The position numbers were made by a program, and so were the translations under genes. DNA of 64,000 bases from contig NC_059439.1 in the NCBI RefSeq assembly GCF_021028975.2, positions 21,948,001-22,012,000 on the forward strand, in the 5' to 3' direction. This DNA comes from Sphaerodactylus townsendi. Taxonomy: Eukaryota. Below the pieces are notes generated by a model. That model ran no database searches. It was not told the DNA's origin and saw only the letters and a program-made list of their open reading frames with translations. Shown here one piece after another: positions 1-10,949 of this stretch (positions are counted from its first letter, which is position 1; the number at the start of each line of letters is the position of its first letter).

Positions 1-333
1 GCTGTGGGGACCTGGTGCCCACAATGCAGGAGTCTCTGGATCTGCCTTATGTATTTCAGACAGTGGGTTGACCTCAACCAACTTTTTTGGCTGTTGAAAA
101 AGGAAGGAGGGGTCCCCTTTAATTATGTCCATGAGACTTGCATAGATCATATCCTTCTGACACGGAAGCGTCAGTGAGCAAGAGAACTGGCTGAGATCCA
201 ATGGGCAGGCTGTCACACCGTGACTGCACTTTTCATGAAGCCTCCTCCAGCTGTTGTGACACCTGATATAAGTTGTATGTGTGGAGGCATACATGAGAGC
301 AGACTTTCCATGTAACAAGTGAGGTTAACTGTC

Positions 334-738
334 ATAAGAACATAAGAACTAGCCTGCTGGATCAGACCAGAGTCCATCTAGTCCAGCACTCTGCTACTAG
401 CAGTGGCCCACCAGGTGCCTTTGGGAGCTCACATGCAGGATGTGAAAGCAAGGGCCTTCTGCTGCTGCTTCTCCTGAGCACCTGGTCTGCTAAGGCATTT
501 GCAATCTCAGATCAAGGGGGATCAAGATTGGTAGCCATAGATCGACTTCTCCTCCATAAATCTGTCCAAGCCCCTTTTAAAGCTATCCAGGTTAGTGGCC
601 ATCACCACCTCCTGTGGCAGCATATTCCAAACACCAATCACACGTTGCGTGAAGAAGTGTTTCCTTTTATTAGTCCTAATTCTTCCCCCCAGCATTTTCA
701 ATAATGCCCCTGGTTCTAGTATTGTGAGAAAGAGAGAA
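334..738 (-). mobile_element. CR1 LINE 3' fragment
   Basis: Starts with CATAAGAACATAAGAA, the reverse complement of a CR1-type (TTCTTATG)n tail, followed by typical CR1 3'UTR/ORF2-end sequence. Confidence 0.8.
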
Positions 739-1128
739 AGAAAAAAGTGAAGTGCCTGTCAGCCAGCCCTCTGAGAAACTGTGTGAGAGAGACCATTTGC
801 GTAAATGTGAAGGCCCATAGATATTAGGGCAGTATTGTGAAAACAAACAAACGCCTTCCTTCTAGCCAGTGACTGTCCCATTCACATCCCTTTTCATGGT
901 GCAAGGATAAGTTATCATAGGATCCTGCTGTTTTATGAGTTGCTATCAGTAGATTTAGGTCTAGATTTTAGTACTGTTATTAGCTTATTGCAGTGTTTTA
1001 TTGTATTATGTTTTAAATGTTTTTGAGCCGCCATGAGCCCAGCTCCGGTTGGGAGTGGGTGGGAAATAAATTCAATAAAATAAAATAAAAATAGATAGCT
1101 GATTAGCTATTTAATGTAACTATTTACA

Positions 1129-1380
1129 NNNNNNNNNNNNNNNNNNNNNNNNNNNNNNNNNNNNNNNNNNNNNNNNNNNNNNNNNNNNNNNNNNNNNNNN
1201 NNNNNNNNNNNNNNNNNNNNNNNNNNNNNNNNNNNNNNNNNNNNNNNNNNNNNNNNNNNNNNNNNNNNNNNNNNNNNNNNNNNNNNNNNNNNNNNNNNNN
1301 NNNNNNNNNNNNNNNNNNNNNNNNNNNNNNNNNNNNNNNNNNNNNNNNNNNNNNNNNNNNNNNNNNNNNNNNNNNNNNNN
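1129..1380. other. Assembly gap (252 N)
   Basis: Run of N. Confidence 1.
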
Positions 1381-1680
1381 GGCTCAGGGCAGTGAACAAC
1401 AGAACAGAAATAGAGCACATAAACCAAAGACTAAAATCCGTTAAATATTAATTAATTTGGCTCCATATAAAATAAACCCCACCCCATTAAAACGCAGCAT
1501 ACTAAACCCCACCCCACTAAAACGCAGCCTTTTGTGAGTGTTCTACTGTCACATGTTTCAGTAGCCACAGTCATATCACTGTAAAGCCATTATCAAATGC
1601 CTTGATTTGTATAGGTGTGTATGTATATTCATTCAGATATTTCCCTATTCAGTTTTTTCTCCTCTGCTGTACTTTTTCAG

Positions 1681-1791
1681 CTTCCAGCAGCTCCACAGCA
1701 CCACAAGCCAGCGCTTCTCTTTCCTGTGACTCAGCTCCACCTGCCAGGAAATCTGAAACTGTAAAGCAAAATGTGCCGGGAAAGAAACCTG
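1681..1791 (+). CDS. Internal coding exon A of LOTUS-domain/CaaX gene (Ser/Ala/Pro linker)
   Basis: Polypyrimidine tract and TTTTTCAG acceptor at 1680; G|GTAAGA donor at 1792; 111 nt, phase 1-1, open frame (ASSSSTAPQ...PGKKP) that joins exon B in frame. Confidence 0.7.
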
Positions 1792-1942
1792 GTAAGAATG
1801 TGTTGTAACTGGGAAAGATTCTAGTCCAGTACGTCCACACACAGGAGGGGGGAGCAGGTGTATGGGCCAACTGGCATCATTTTTGGCAAAATCCATCCTC
1901 AATAAGGTAAGCCTCAGCACTCAGTTGAGGAGTGTCCATGCA

Positions 1943-2545
1943 ATTATTATTATTATTATTATTATTATTATTTATTATATTTATAAGCCGCCCTCCCCCA
2001 AAGGGCTCAGGGCGGCAAACAACAACAATAGAGCACAATAAGATCAATAGCATCAAAATATAAAATCATTAGGAATAGCTCTATATATTAAAACCCAACC
2101 CCATTAAAAGCAGCGTTCTGACATTAAATATATTGATGGCGTCTCTCTAATCAATCCCCTAAAAGGAAAAAAAGCGGGGGGGGGAAAGGGGCGGTAGGTC
2201 TATAGATGTTATAGAGAGAAGCGGGGGGGGGGGGACCATCAGCGGCCGGACCCCTCAAAGGCCCGGTGGAAAAGCTCTGTCTTGCAGGCCCTGCAGAAGT
2301 CATTTAGAGATCCCGCAGGGCCCGCGTAGCTGCAGACAGAGCATTCCACCAGGCAGGGGCCAGAGCTGTAAAAGCTCTGGCCCGGGTGGAGGCCAGCCGC
2401 GTCATTGAGGGACCAGGGATCACCAGTAAATTGGCCTCTGCTGAACGTAGAGGCCTAGTTGGGACATATGGGGCAAGACGGTCTCGCAGGTACGGAGGTC
2501 CCAGGCCGCGCAAGGCCTTAAAGGTCAATACCAACACCTTGAAAT
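1943..2545 (-). mobile_element. L2 LINE 3' fragment
   Basis: Minus-strand ORF 2304-2561 FKVLVLTFKALRGLGPPYLRDRL...TRARAF..APAWWNAL is the L2 ORF2 C-terminus; 3'UTR and (AAT)n tail at 1943-1975. Confidence 0.85.
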
Positions 2546-3627
2546 AATGATTTGTCTGCATTGTGCAGGCTGCTAGGTTTTATGTGTGAACTGTCAGGAA
2601 ACCGAGTGTTTGAAGGACTGCTTGTTCATCTGCAAGCCTTCACCCCTACTAAGATCCTGAGGTCCTGCTTTTGGGCTTTCCATCTTCAGAAGAAAGGTGG
2701 TTGGCCATCAGGGGGAGGGCTTCTTCTGTGTTGGTTGTTGGACTATGGAAGTCTCTTCCTAAATATGTTCATGTACCACTAATGTCATTATCCTGTAGGT
2801 GCCAAATGAAAGCCATTTTGTTTTACCAAGCTTGCCTTTTCTACTGCCTTCTAGAACAGTTCTTAGTTCTGCTACAACTTAGTAGAGGGCTCATGAGGAA
2901 CTGTGGAGAAATAAGCACATGACGTTCTTTTCCCCCTGCCCCCGTGGCAGGGATGCTGACATGGAAAGCCATCTTGCCTCCCAGTTTATTTTTTTCCACA
3001 AGGCCCTCCTGATGACTAATGTGTCCATCGAGCCTCTGTGTGACCCAGCCTATTCTAGCTGACAGCTCTGTGAAAACGAGGACACAAAATGGAGTTTATT
3101 GTAAACCGTTGGGCCCCCCCCAAACTGATTAGTTCACTGTGATTCTGTAGTTTGTATAGAACGTTGGGGTTACACTTTCTGTTAGGAGGCCAGATGGGAC
3201 TGTCTAGAAGGTGTTTCTCTCTTCTCCATGATATCTCCATAACAACCCTGCATGATGGGAAGTAGAGAGAGAGTACCTTCACAGCTTCGCAGAATGGAGA
3301 GCTGAAGTTGAGTCTGATATTATAGGCTTTTGCTAGTCTCGTATGTTCATGTGGCTACCTTCACAAGGTAAGATTAAGACTTTTTCCAGTTCTTACCGGC
3401 TTAATTTCCCCAGGCAACTTCTTGCTTTACCTCTCACTGCAGGAGTTCTGGCCACTACATGCTTACATAATCTGCTGGTGGTTTTCCTGATTGATGAAGG
3501 CTTTCGCTGAAATGTCTAAAGAAAACACATTTGGGTCTGCATTGGCTTGTTGAATATTTGTCCTGGAAAATGTTTCAGATTTTTTAAATTGATATGCTTT
3601 TTGGTTATTTTGTTTTTGCTCCGACAG

Positions 3628-3852
3628 CCGTTTCGGAAGTCTTGGCAGCACTCACCGACCTCCTAAAAACCTATGCGACAGGACTGAGGGTTGAGAAAGT
3701 GCAGGAGTTTCTTCTGGCCTCGAAGGGACTCGATCTGGCCAAGTTCAGCATTGCCCAAGGCTATAAGGATACACTGGAATTTTTGGAGCACAAAATGCCT
3801 AAGCTAAAGATCAAGTACAAAGCGAACAGACTCAAATGTGTTGTTATGCAAG
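3628..3852 (+). CDS. Coding exon B: LOTUS/OST-HTH-like domain 1
   Basis: TTTTTGCTCCGACAG acceptor (AG 3626-3627); CAAG|GTGAAA donor; 225 nt, phase 1-1. Encodes VSEVLAALTDLLKTYATGLRVEKVQEFLLASKGLDLAKFSIAQGYKDTLEFLEHKMPKLKIKY..CVVM, with the LOTUS-type helix-GL-helix and GYxxxxEFL pattern. Confidence 0.75.
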
Positions 3853-4053
3853 GTGAAACAAGGGGGGGGGGGGGCATGGCAATTTGGTTCCCTTCTGTTT
3901 CTTAGGGCAGGCAACCCAATTTAATTGACCTGAGTTCCCAGTCTTGCTTAATGCCCTACATTCAAAATACCTCTAAAGCTGACTCCATATCCTGTTGCCT
4001 CTGAGCTGCTAGCATTAGTTGTCATAGTCATGATAACCAGAAGCTCTTGATTG

Positions 4054-4356
4054 AATAATAATAATAAGAGTTTGGATTTATATCCCCCCTTTCTCTCCTG
4101 TAGGAGACTCAAAGGGGCTTACAATCTCCTTGCCCTTCCCCCCTCACAACAAACACCCTGTGAGGTAGGTGGGGCTGAGAGAGCTCCGAGAAGCTGTGAC
4201 TAGCCCAAGGTCACCCAGCTGGCATGTGTTGGAGTGTACAGGCTAATCTGAATTCCCCAGATAAGCCTCCACAGCTCAGGCGGCAGAGCAGAGAATCAAA
4301 CCCGGTTCCTCCAGATTAGATACACAAGCTCTTAACCTCCTACGCCACTGCTGCTC
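4054..4356 (-). mobile_element. tRNA-derived CORE/MIR-like squamate SINE (Squam3-like), full length
   Basis: Reverse complement begins GAGCAGCAGTGGCGTAGGAGGTTAAGAG (A-box-like) and has a B-box-like GGGTTTGATTC, CORE-like GCTGGGTGACCTTGGGCTAGTCAC and a simple-repeat tail; about 10 related copies in the window. Confidence 0.85.
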
Positions 4357-4962
4357 ATGCCATAAGGATGGCATGCTATGCCTTCTGATTTGTGTGACTG
4401 CTGTTTCCCTAAAATTGTTCAAAGCCATGCAGCAGACTGATGATATTGGCCAAATCTAGGCTTTCTGACAGCTGGAATAATCTTAGAAGCCTTTCCTGAA
4501 AGCCCTCAGCACAATTAGCGTCTCGCTTTTGCTTGTGTATTCATTTTGGCAATGTATATTACAGGGCTGCTCTAAACAGGGTTGCAGTTATCTAGGGGCC
4601 CAGTTAGATGTCCTACCTGTGGATGCTGGTGCAATTTTAGTGCTGAATTTTGGCCACTTAGAACTGCCTCAGTGGGCCTGTCACATGGGACAATCAGGTG
4701 ATCTTGTTTCCACCACGTCCCTTTTCAAGTACCAAAATGGCCCTCAGTCTGTTGAGGTCAGTGGGGTTGGTAACACTGCCCTGGATTTCACTCTTATCAA
4801 ATGGATCTTGGATTCACTAACTCACTCTTGAGCATTTTGCTCGATAAATAATAACTTGTGAGTCTGAGTGAGGTCATGCTTCACTGAGAATAACCCCATG
4901 TTGTAGGCAATTGAATCCACTTTAAGTTTTTTTTAACAAAGAAATTCTTCTCTTCGTCTTAG

Positions 4963-5400
4963 GAAATGGCAAAAAGAAGAGTCAAGACTCTCAAAAGGAA
5001 ATGAAAAAGGGCAAGGAGGAGAGTCCGTCGCTGCCTCACTCTGATATTCCAGCCCAGCAATCAAGAGCATGCCAGTTGGGTAGACAGTCTGAAGTCAGAG
5101 AGTTGCCTTGTCCTACCGATTCCCAGCTGCTAAGCACATCCAGCACATCCCCTTGTTCTGAGCACCTGGATGAACTAAAACAGCAGGTGGCCCACATCCT
5201 TTCTAGGCACCCTGAGGGCATGTCGCTGTTCCAGTTCCGTGCTGCCTACAGCGCCACCTATCAGCATCACCTGCCCCTGGGAAATGCTTCCTCTGCAAAG
5301 CAGCGTCTGCTGGAAATGTCAGACATTGTTTGCATGAAGGGCTGTGGCGTTCAAACGTTACTACTGCCTGTGTCTCCTGCAGAGCCACCTACAAAATCTG
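4963..5400 (+). CDS. Coding exon C: basic/low-complexity linker plus LOTUS/OST-HTH domain 2 (5166-5369)
   Basis: TTCTTCTCTTCGTCTTAG acceptor; TCTG|GTAAGT donor; 438 nt, phase 1-1. LDELKQQVAHILSRHPEGMSLFQFRAAYSATYQHHLPLGNASSAKQRLLEMSDIV..TLLLP fits the LOTUS consensus (lk..v..iL..hp.G..l..f...Y...y...Lp...s....L..m.div). Confidence 0.8.
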
Positions 5401-6683
5401 GTAAGTTCTGTCACGTACAATCTGGTTTAACAGTGTTTATCTGTGCACATGTGTGCATAATCTGATCTTCAACCTGGCCTTCAGCGTACAGAACTGGAAA
5501 CCCGTACAATAGTGGCGGTATGAACTATTTATGCCAAGCTTGGGTGAGTTTTCGGGTTTATTGAAGTATCTTTGATGTAACAAACAAGTGGGTGCTTTTG
5601 TACCTTAGTCTCACAAGATCTCAGCAGCCATTTTGGGAGACTGATGTTTTCTGAGGTTGCCTAAAATGGATGCCAACATTTCCTGAGGTAGTTTTGTCGT
5701 GATTTGGGGGATCTTTTATTCCATTGTGAAAATGAAACACGAGTGGTGGGAGAGGGTAGCACTGAAAATTGTGGGGAAACAGAACCTTGGGTTGTGGAAG
5801 AAAATTAGTCTAAAGTGCGAGGGATGGGGGAAAGGGGAATCTGCTCCCTCCATGGACTTTTCAAGTCCATTCAAGTCCATTCAAGTCCTTTCAAGTCCAC
5901 TTCTAGTGTATTTAGATGGATTGTTTTAAAGCAAATCAACACATCCTCCATAAATAGGAGCTAGGATCCCCCAATTGCCTCTCTGAATTCTCCCAGTGCT
6001 ACAACTTTACACACAATTCAATCTGAAGAATTAGAACTGGAGAGGCAGTATGTAGAGCAACAAAATGTATGGGTGGGAGAAACACTGAAGAAAGAAATAC
6101 ATCCCCCAGTTATCAAGAAAGAACTTCTCTAACTTGATGATGGGAAGGGCCATGACAGAAAAGGTCAATATATTGTGTACTTCTGGTTGAGTAGAGTCCA
6201 ACAAGCTTTACCTGCGTAGCTGAGGTAAATCCTTGAGTAAAGCACTGAAACGTGACTGTCTCTATGGGCAGTGTGAGAGGCCCAAGAGTGGCCAGCAGAA
6301 ATAAGGCATACTTATTTTACTAGCACCTGACATTTATTCTGACTGAGGGGATGTGGTAGCAAATAGAATTTTTAAAACGAATGGCCAAATCAGAAACCTG
6401 CCTGTCTTTACCCAGTCATCACTACCATTTTTTTTAAAGAGCCAGAGATGGCATTGCTTGTTGCGATTCAGCACTAAAGTTCCAGGCTTTGGCCTAAGCA
6501 GCGAACTCTGCTAATAACCTCCTCTGTGGACCTAAAACTTCCTTCAGGTTTCAGTTTTCTTTGTATTGGGCTTTGAGGAGACACGTGTGCCCTGAAGATT
6601 ATTTGTTCTCGCATCTCGCAGGTGCTGCTGATTTATTATCTGCATTGTGGTCTGTCAGTAATTTTTTTCCCTGTGTCTTTCAG

Positions 6684-8398
6684 GCCCACGTATTTCTTCC
6701 AAGGTGGAGAATGGTGCAATACATCCGGCTGACTCTTTGCCCAAAGCTTCGGTGAGTCCTGTACCTGCAGTGGTCCTCAAGCCTTCTGTCCTGGAGACTT
6801 GGATGGAGCCTCCGCCCTGCTCCATTCGCCCCCTGGCTTCAGATCAACTTCGTACGCCTAATGTTAAGGAGAACTGTATTCTGCCTAAGGAGCAATGCCA
6901 AACAGCACCAAAGAGGGCAGCTCTTTTACAGGAGTCGGTGAGGCCCAAATCAAGCTCGGGAGGCCATCTTGCTTCGTCGAAAGCAGAAGAACCTGCAGTG
7001 AACCTTGGCAATTCTTTGCCCAGAACTGCAGTGATTCCACCACAGGCTTACCCTTCCCAGACTGCAGCAGCTCCTGTGCCTCAGCTCCATGCTTCTGTTC
7101 CCTCTACTTCTTCACCAGGTAACCAGGAGAGTTCCTTCCTCCCAGAATCTCATCTCCCAAAACCACCTAAACCATTAGTTCTTGTGGAAAAGGATGCAAG
7201 GGCCAGAGCCTTACCAGGAGATAATGTTTGGAGTCACCACTCCCCTGTAGTCTTCTCTGGATGGGCCAGAGCCGTACCAGGAGATAATGTTCGGAGACAC
7301 CACTCCCCTGTAGTCTTCTCTGCTGAGCCCCAAGTTGGAAATGTGCATGGGAATTGTATATCAGGTGGCTTTGCCTCCAGGGACACACATCTGGTTCATC
7401 CTTCCTTTTCCGTCAACATCCCAGTTCCTTCCCTCTTTCAGCCTGTCCTCACTAATATCATAGCCAGGCCACAGCCGGTTGTGTATTCTTCTCCCATACA
7501 TCTTCCAAACACGCCGGCAAACCCCTCTCACAGATTAGCGTCTGTGCAGTTGGTTTCTCGACCCCAGGTGCAGCCGGTGTCCCAGAACAGACCTGCTCGG
7601 ATGGCACCTCCTAGCCGCCAGCTGACAAGTCCCAGTCAAAGTGTAGAATGGGCTCGCGCTGCCGACGGGCTCGATCAATTGCAGAGTGCTTCCAGAGCAC
7701 AAAGCAGACTTGCTCGGGTGACGCCTTCCAGCCACCAGTTGACAAGTCCCAGTCAGACTGTAGAACGGACAACCTGTGCTCGAGCTGCCGATGGGCTCGA
7801 TCAATTGCAGAGTGCTTCCGGAACACAGGCCCAAAGCCATAGCCCAGCTCCTGCTTTCTGTGCAGGCGGGCGTCCTGTTTCTTTGCCTTCTGTAAAGCCA
7901 CCAGGCCTTCAGTCCCAGAAATCCCCTTCTCTCCAGGAACTGGAAAACGTTCACCATGCATGGCCGAACACTATGGCTTCCACCTTAGTTCCTGTAGCTG
8001 GTAATGGCCAGCAGCCAGCCTGTTCAGCTAGGGCTAAATCTGATGCTCTGCCTTTGAAGCCTCTCGCCTCGACGCCTCAGTCACATCACCTCCCTGTGAA
8101 TTCCGCCAGGACCTCTTCGGCCACACAGCCTGCCGCCTTGTCACTTTCCCCTTCATGTTCTCCCTCCAGCGAAACAAACCAGCCTGCCTATGATTCTTTT
8201 AGGTCTGGTACAGGTAATGATGCTTCCTGTCAAAGCATGACCTTTCCAGGAATGTCCAGCCAAGGTGGAGATGAGCACAGCCACAGTTTCACTTTGCCAA
8301 ATAACCAGAGGAACCACTTCAGGGAGGAACCAACACAGCCTTCTGCTCTGCAGAACAGCCCGGCCGCCAAAAGCTCTAATAATTGTGTCCTCCTCTAA
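6684..8398 (+). CDS. Terminal coding exon D: long Pro/Ser/Gln-rich predicted-disordered tail ending in CaaX (CVLL*)
   Basis: TTTTTTTCCCTGTGTCTTTCAG acceptor at 6683, phase 1 compatible with exon C; 1.7-kb uninterrupted ORF ending AAT TGT GTC CTC CTC TAA. Confidence 0.8.
7200..7322 (+). repeat. Coding tandem duplication, 63 nt (21 aa) x2
   Basis: ARALPGDNVWSHHSPVVFSGW / ARAVPGDNVRRHHSPVVFSAE. Confidence 0.95.
7583..7828 (+). repeat. Coding tandem duplication, ~117-126 nt (39-42 aa) x2
   Basis: QNRPARMAPPSRQLTSPSQSVEWARAADGLDQLQSASRA / QSRLARVTPSSHQLTSPSQTVERTTCARAADGLDQLQSASGT. Confidence 0.95.
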
Positions 8399-9438
8399 AA
8401 TCAAGCAGTTGGGAGATTGCACAATTATTTCTTTTTGTCTTTGAAAGGATGGCAACTAAGATACGCTGGAATAAGAGCATTGAAAACAGTAGTATGTAAC
8501 TAGAAGGTTTATGTGGTTATAATGTATGATATGTGTCTACGAAGAGAGTTCTCAGGTATTTTATATTAATTTTGTATTACTTGTTTCGTGCTTGTCTTGT
8601 TTGTCCTAACTTTGTGTTAAATGAAGTAGTTTTAAAAAGAAACAAAAGGACTCACAATCCACATAACTTTGTATACCCTTTCAACCCTGATCACCCATGT
8701 GCGAGGGGTGTGTGTGGGTATTGTGGTTTGTGTGTGGGTTTGGGAGAAGCAACATCAGCCTCAGACACATCCTATGGGCAGTTTGCGAGTTCTTCTGTTA
8801 CTGAGGCATAAAACAGGAAGGTCCCATGCTGATAGGGAACATCCAAGCTGCTGACAAAACAGAAACAGCCTCAATTTTCCTGTAGGCTGGCATGATATCT
8901 GTGCTAAATGACAGTCAAATATTAATTCTGCACCAAGAGAACTCAGTTTTGTGACCTATGTCCAAAAGCTAATCACAACAAATTTTACCTCACCTAGCCA
9001 TCAATGACAAGGGCCACTGAGAAGGAAAGCCCCCTTTGGCTCTGAAAATCCTATCCAGTCCTGCACCTCTAGGATTTTACCAAGAGAAGAAGCTCTATGC
9101 TCTTTTGACAGGTCTGTGTCCCTGGCAGCCATGAGGGCTAGAATCTTTTTTTCTTCTTCATGCACAATTGCATGTTTTTTTAGAATTTTTTAGAAAACAT
9201 AGTTTTGATGAAAAATCTAGTTCTTCCAGTGCCTTTGATTATTGAATCTAATTGGAGCCATGGGGTAGTCATGTCCATTTAGTGCTTATTGTGGGGAAGG
9301 AAGTGATGTAAATAAAATTGCACAAAGGATTTATATCCATTGGTATGCTTAGTGCAGTGATTGTCCCAAAAAGATGACCTCCACCCCTTTGTGTTTGTTT
9401 GTTTTTCCTTTGAGTACATCCTTTTTGTTCTTGTGATC

Positions 9439-9444
9439 AATAAA
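9439..9444 (+). terminator. Candidate polyadenylation signal of the LOTUS/CaaX gene (alternative at 9311-9316)
   Basis: AATAAA about 1 kb after the stop codon, in AT/U-rich 3'UTR-like sequence and before the next repeat. Confidence 0.4.
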
Positions 9445-9729
9445 GTCTATTTTCTCATGTCACTGAAAACCGTTCTTTTAAAGTCATTACTTGCTGAAGT
9501 CAAAAGGCTAAGTGGTGATGCCTCTTTCTGAAACCATCTTCTTGGAAAACAAGAGCTTATTTAGAATCGGTTCACTGAAGGCATTCAGACCTTTGTTTAA
9601 ACGTACTTGTTTGTTCTTTGGAATTTGATATCCCCACACATACTGCAGTCAGTTTTACAGTTGTGTTCACAATGCTGTCTGTGCCACAGCACACCTCTAT
9701 ATTGGAACCGAGCAAGCCTAGAAGATCAG

Positions 9730-10575
9730 ATAAACTTTAATGTCATTGTGCACACACAATGAAAATACAAACATCCCCTGATGCACGTTTCTGCAGTCCT
9801 CATACCCCATTTTCCACAATCCCCCTTCCAACCATCCCGCCACAGCCACGTCAATGCAACACCATGGAGGTCAGCATAGCCACATCTCTAGAATAGAAGC
9901 TGTCTCTGAGCCTAGTTGTCCTTGTTTTTATGATCCTGTACCATCTGCCAGATGGTAATATTTCAAAAAAAGAGTATGCAGGGTGAGACGGGTCTTTCAG
10001 AATATTCTGAGCTTTCTTTAAGAAGCGGAAATTATAGGGTGTTTCCCCACTTATCTGCTGCTGCGTGCTACTCTCCCCAAGTTCCCCGGCACTCCCCACT
10101 ACAGGGACAGCGACAACACAGCCGCCCCGATGCTGCCGCTGTCACGCCCCCTCAGCATGTGTCATTCCTGGCCCTAAAGAAAACGGCACCTTTTGATGAC
10201 GTGGGGAAGCCTGGGAGCGTGCCAGAAATGATGCGCACTGGAAGAGTAGTGGGGCACTCTATCAGCAACGGACACTCCTGGGTAAGTCTGGTGGAAACTT
10301 GACCCATCTTCATACAGGCTCCCTGCGTGGAACTCACTCAAGATCCTCGCGAGGGTCTGACAGCTGGAGGAAGAGTGTTCCATTTCATAGAGGGGAGAGG
10401 CTGTAAAGGCCCTGGCCTGCAGAGGCCAGCCACGACTACGCTGAGCTCTGAGCTTTAAACAGCATCTTCCGCCAATAATTCTCTGGACAGTAATTATCAC
10501 CCTGTGGAGCGCCTTCCTATCTGCCACTGTGCAACTGGCAAACCATACACAGATAGAGTATGTCAGGACTCACGT
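9730..10575 (-). mobile_element. Rex1/Babar LINE 3' fragment, interrupted at 10037
   Basis: FLKKAQNILKDPSHPAYSFFEILPSGRWYRIIKTRTTRLRDSFY and ADRKALHRVIITVQRII are Rex1 RT C-terminal motifs; homologous to the copy at 26.5-27.8 kb. Confidence 0.8.
10037..10305. mobile_element. Probable PIF/Harbinger-type MITE inserted in Rex1
   Basis: Left end GGGTGTTTCCCCACTTATC after ATA; degenerate inverted end GGTAAGT..GGAAAC..ACCC; GC-rich interior. Confidence 0.45.
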
Positions 10576-10949
10576 CCAGCCAATTGCCACACACACGGCT
10601 TGGGATGGGGCTTAACGCAACCGGTAAAAAACAACACAAAACATTGTAATTCAGTGGTTACTTTTTGTATACACAGCAGACTGTTTTGCTTCTGAGATCT
10701 ACTGAGACTGGGTTAGCTTGGACCATCCAGGTCAGAGTACCCCCCAAGTTATAACTAGAGAGGGGGGGGGGGATTTTGAGCTGCAGGGAGGGGAAAACGT
10801 GCCCTTCTACAATACTTGTAAAGAACATTGGGGCTGAAATGAAAAGGGGTTGTCCACTAGACTACATTTAAACTCAAAGATCTCACTAAAATAAACTAAG
10901 AAGTCAATTGCCAGAGTTGCACACGGGGATAGAAAAAGAAGGCCAACTG

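Noticed and set aside
1107-1427. ORFs spanning N-runs (also 42453-42947)
   Set aside because: Artefacts of translating assembly gaps.
4290-4356. tRNA-like A/B boxes
   Set aside because: These are SINE heads, not a complete tRNA cloverleaf.
3628-8398. Naming the LOTUS gene TDRD5, TDRD7 or MARF1
   Set aside because: No Tudor, RRM or NYN domain is visible after the LOTUS pair and the C-terminus does not resemble those proteins; no symbol assigned without a search.
6704-8398. Treating the 564-aa ORF as a stand-alone single-exon gene
   Set aside because: It starts at GTG, not ATG, and a strong acceptor at 6683 joins it in frame to exon C.
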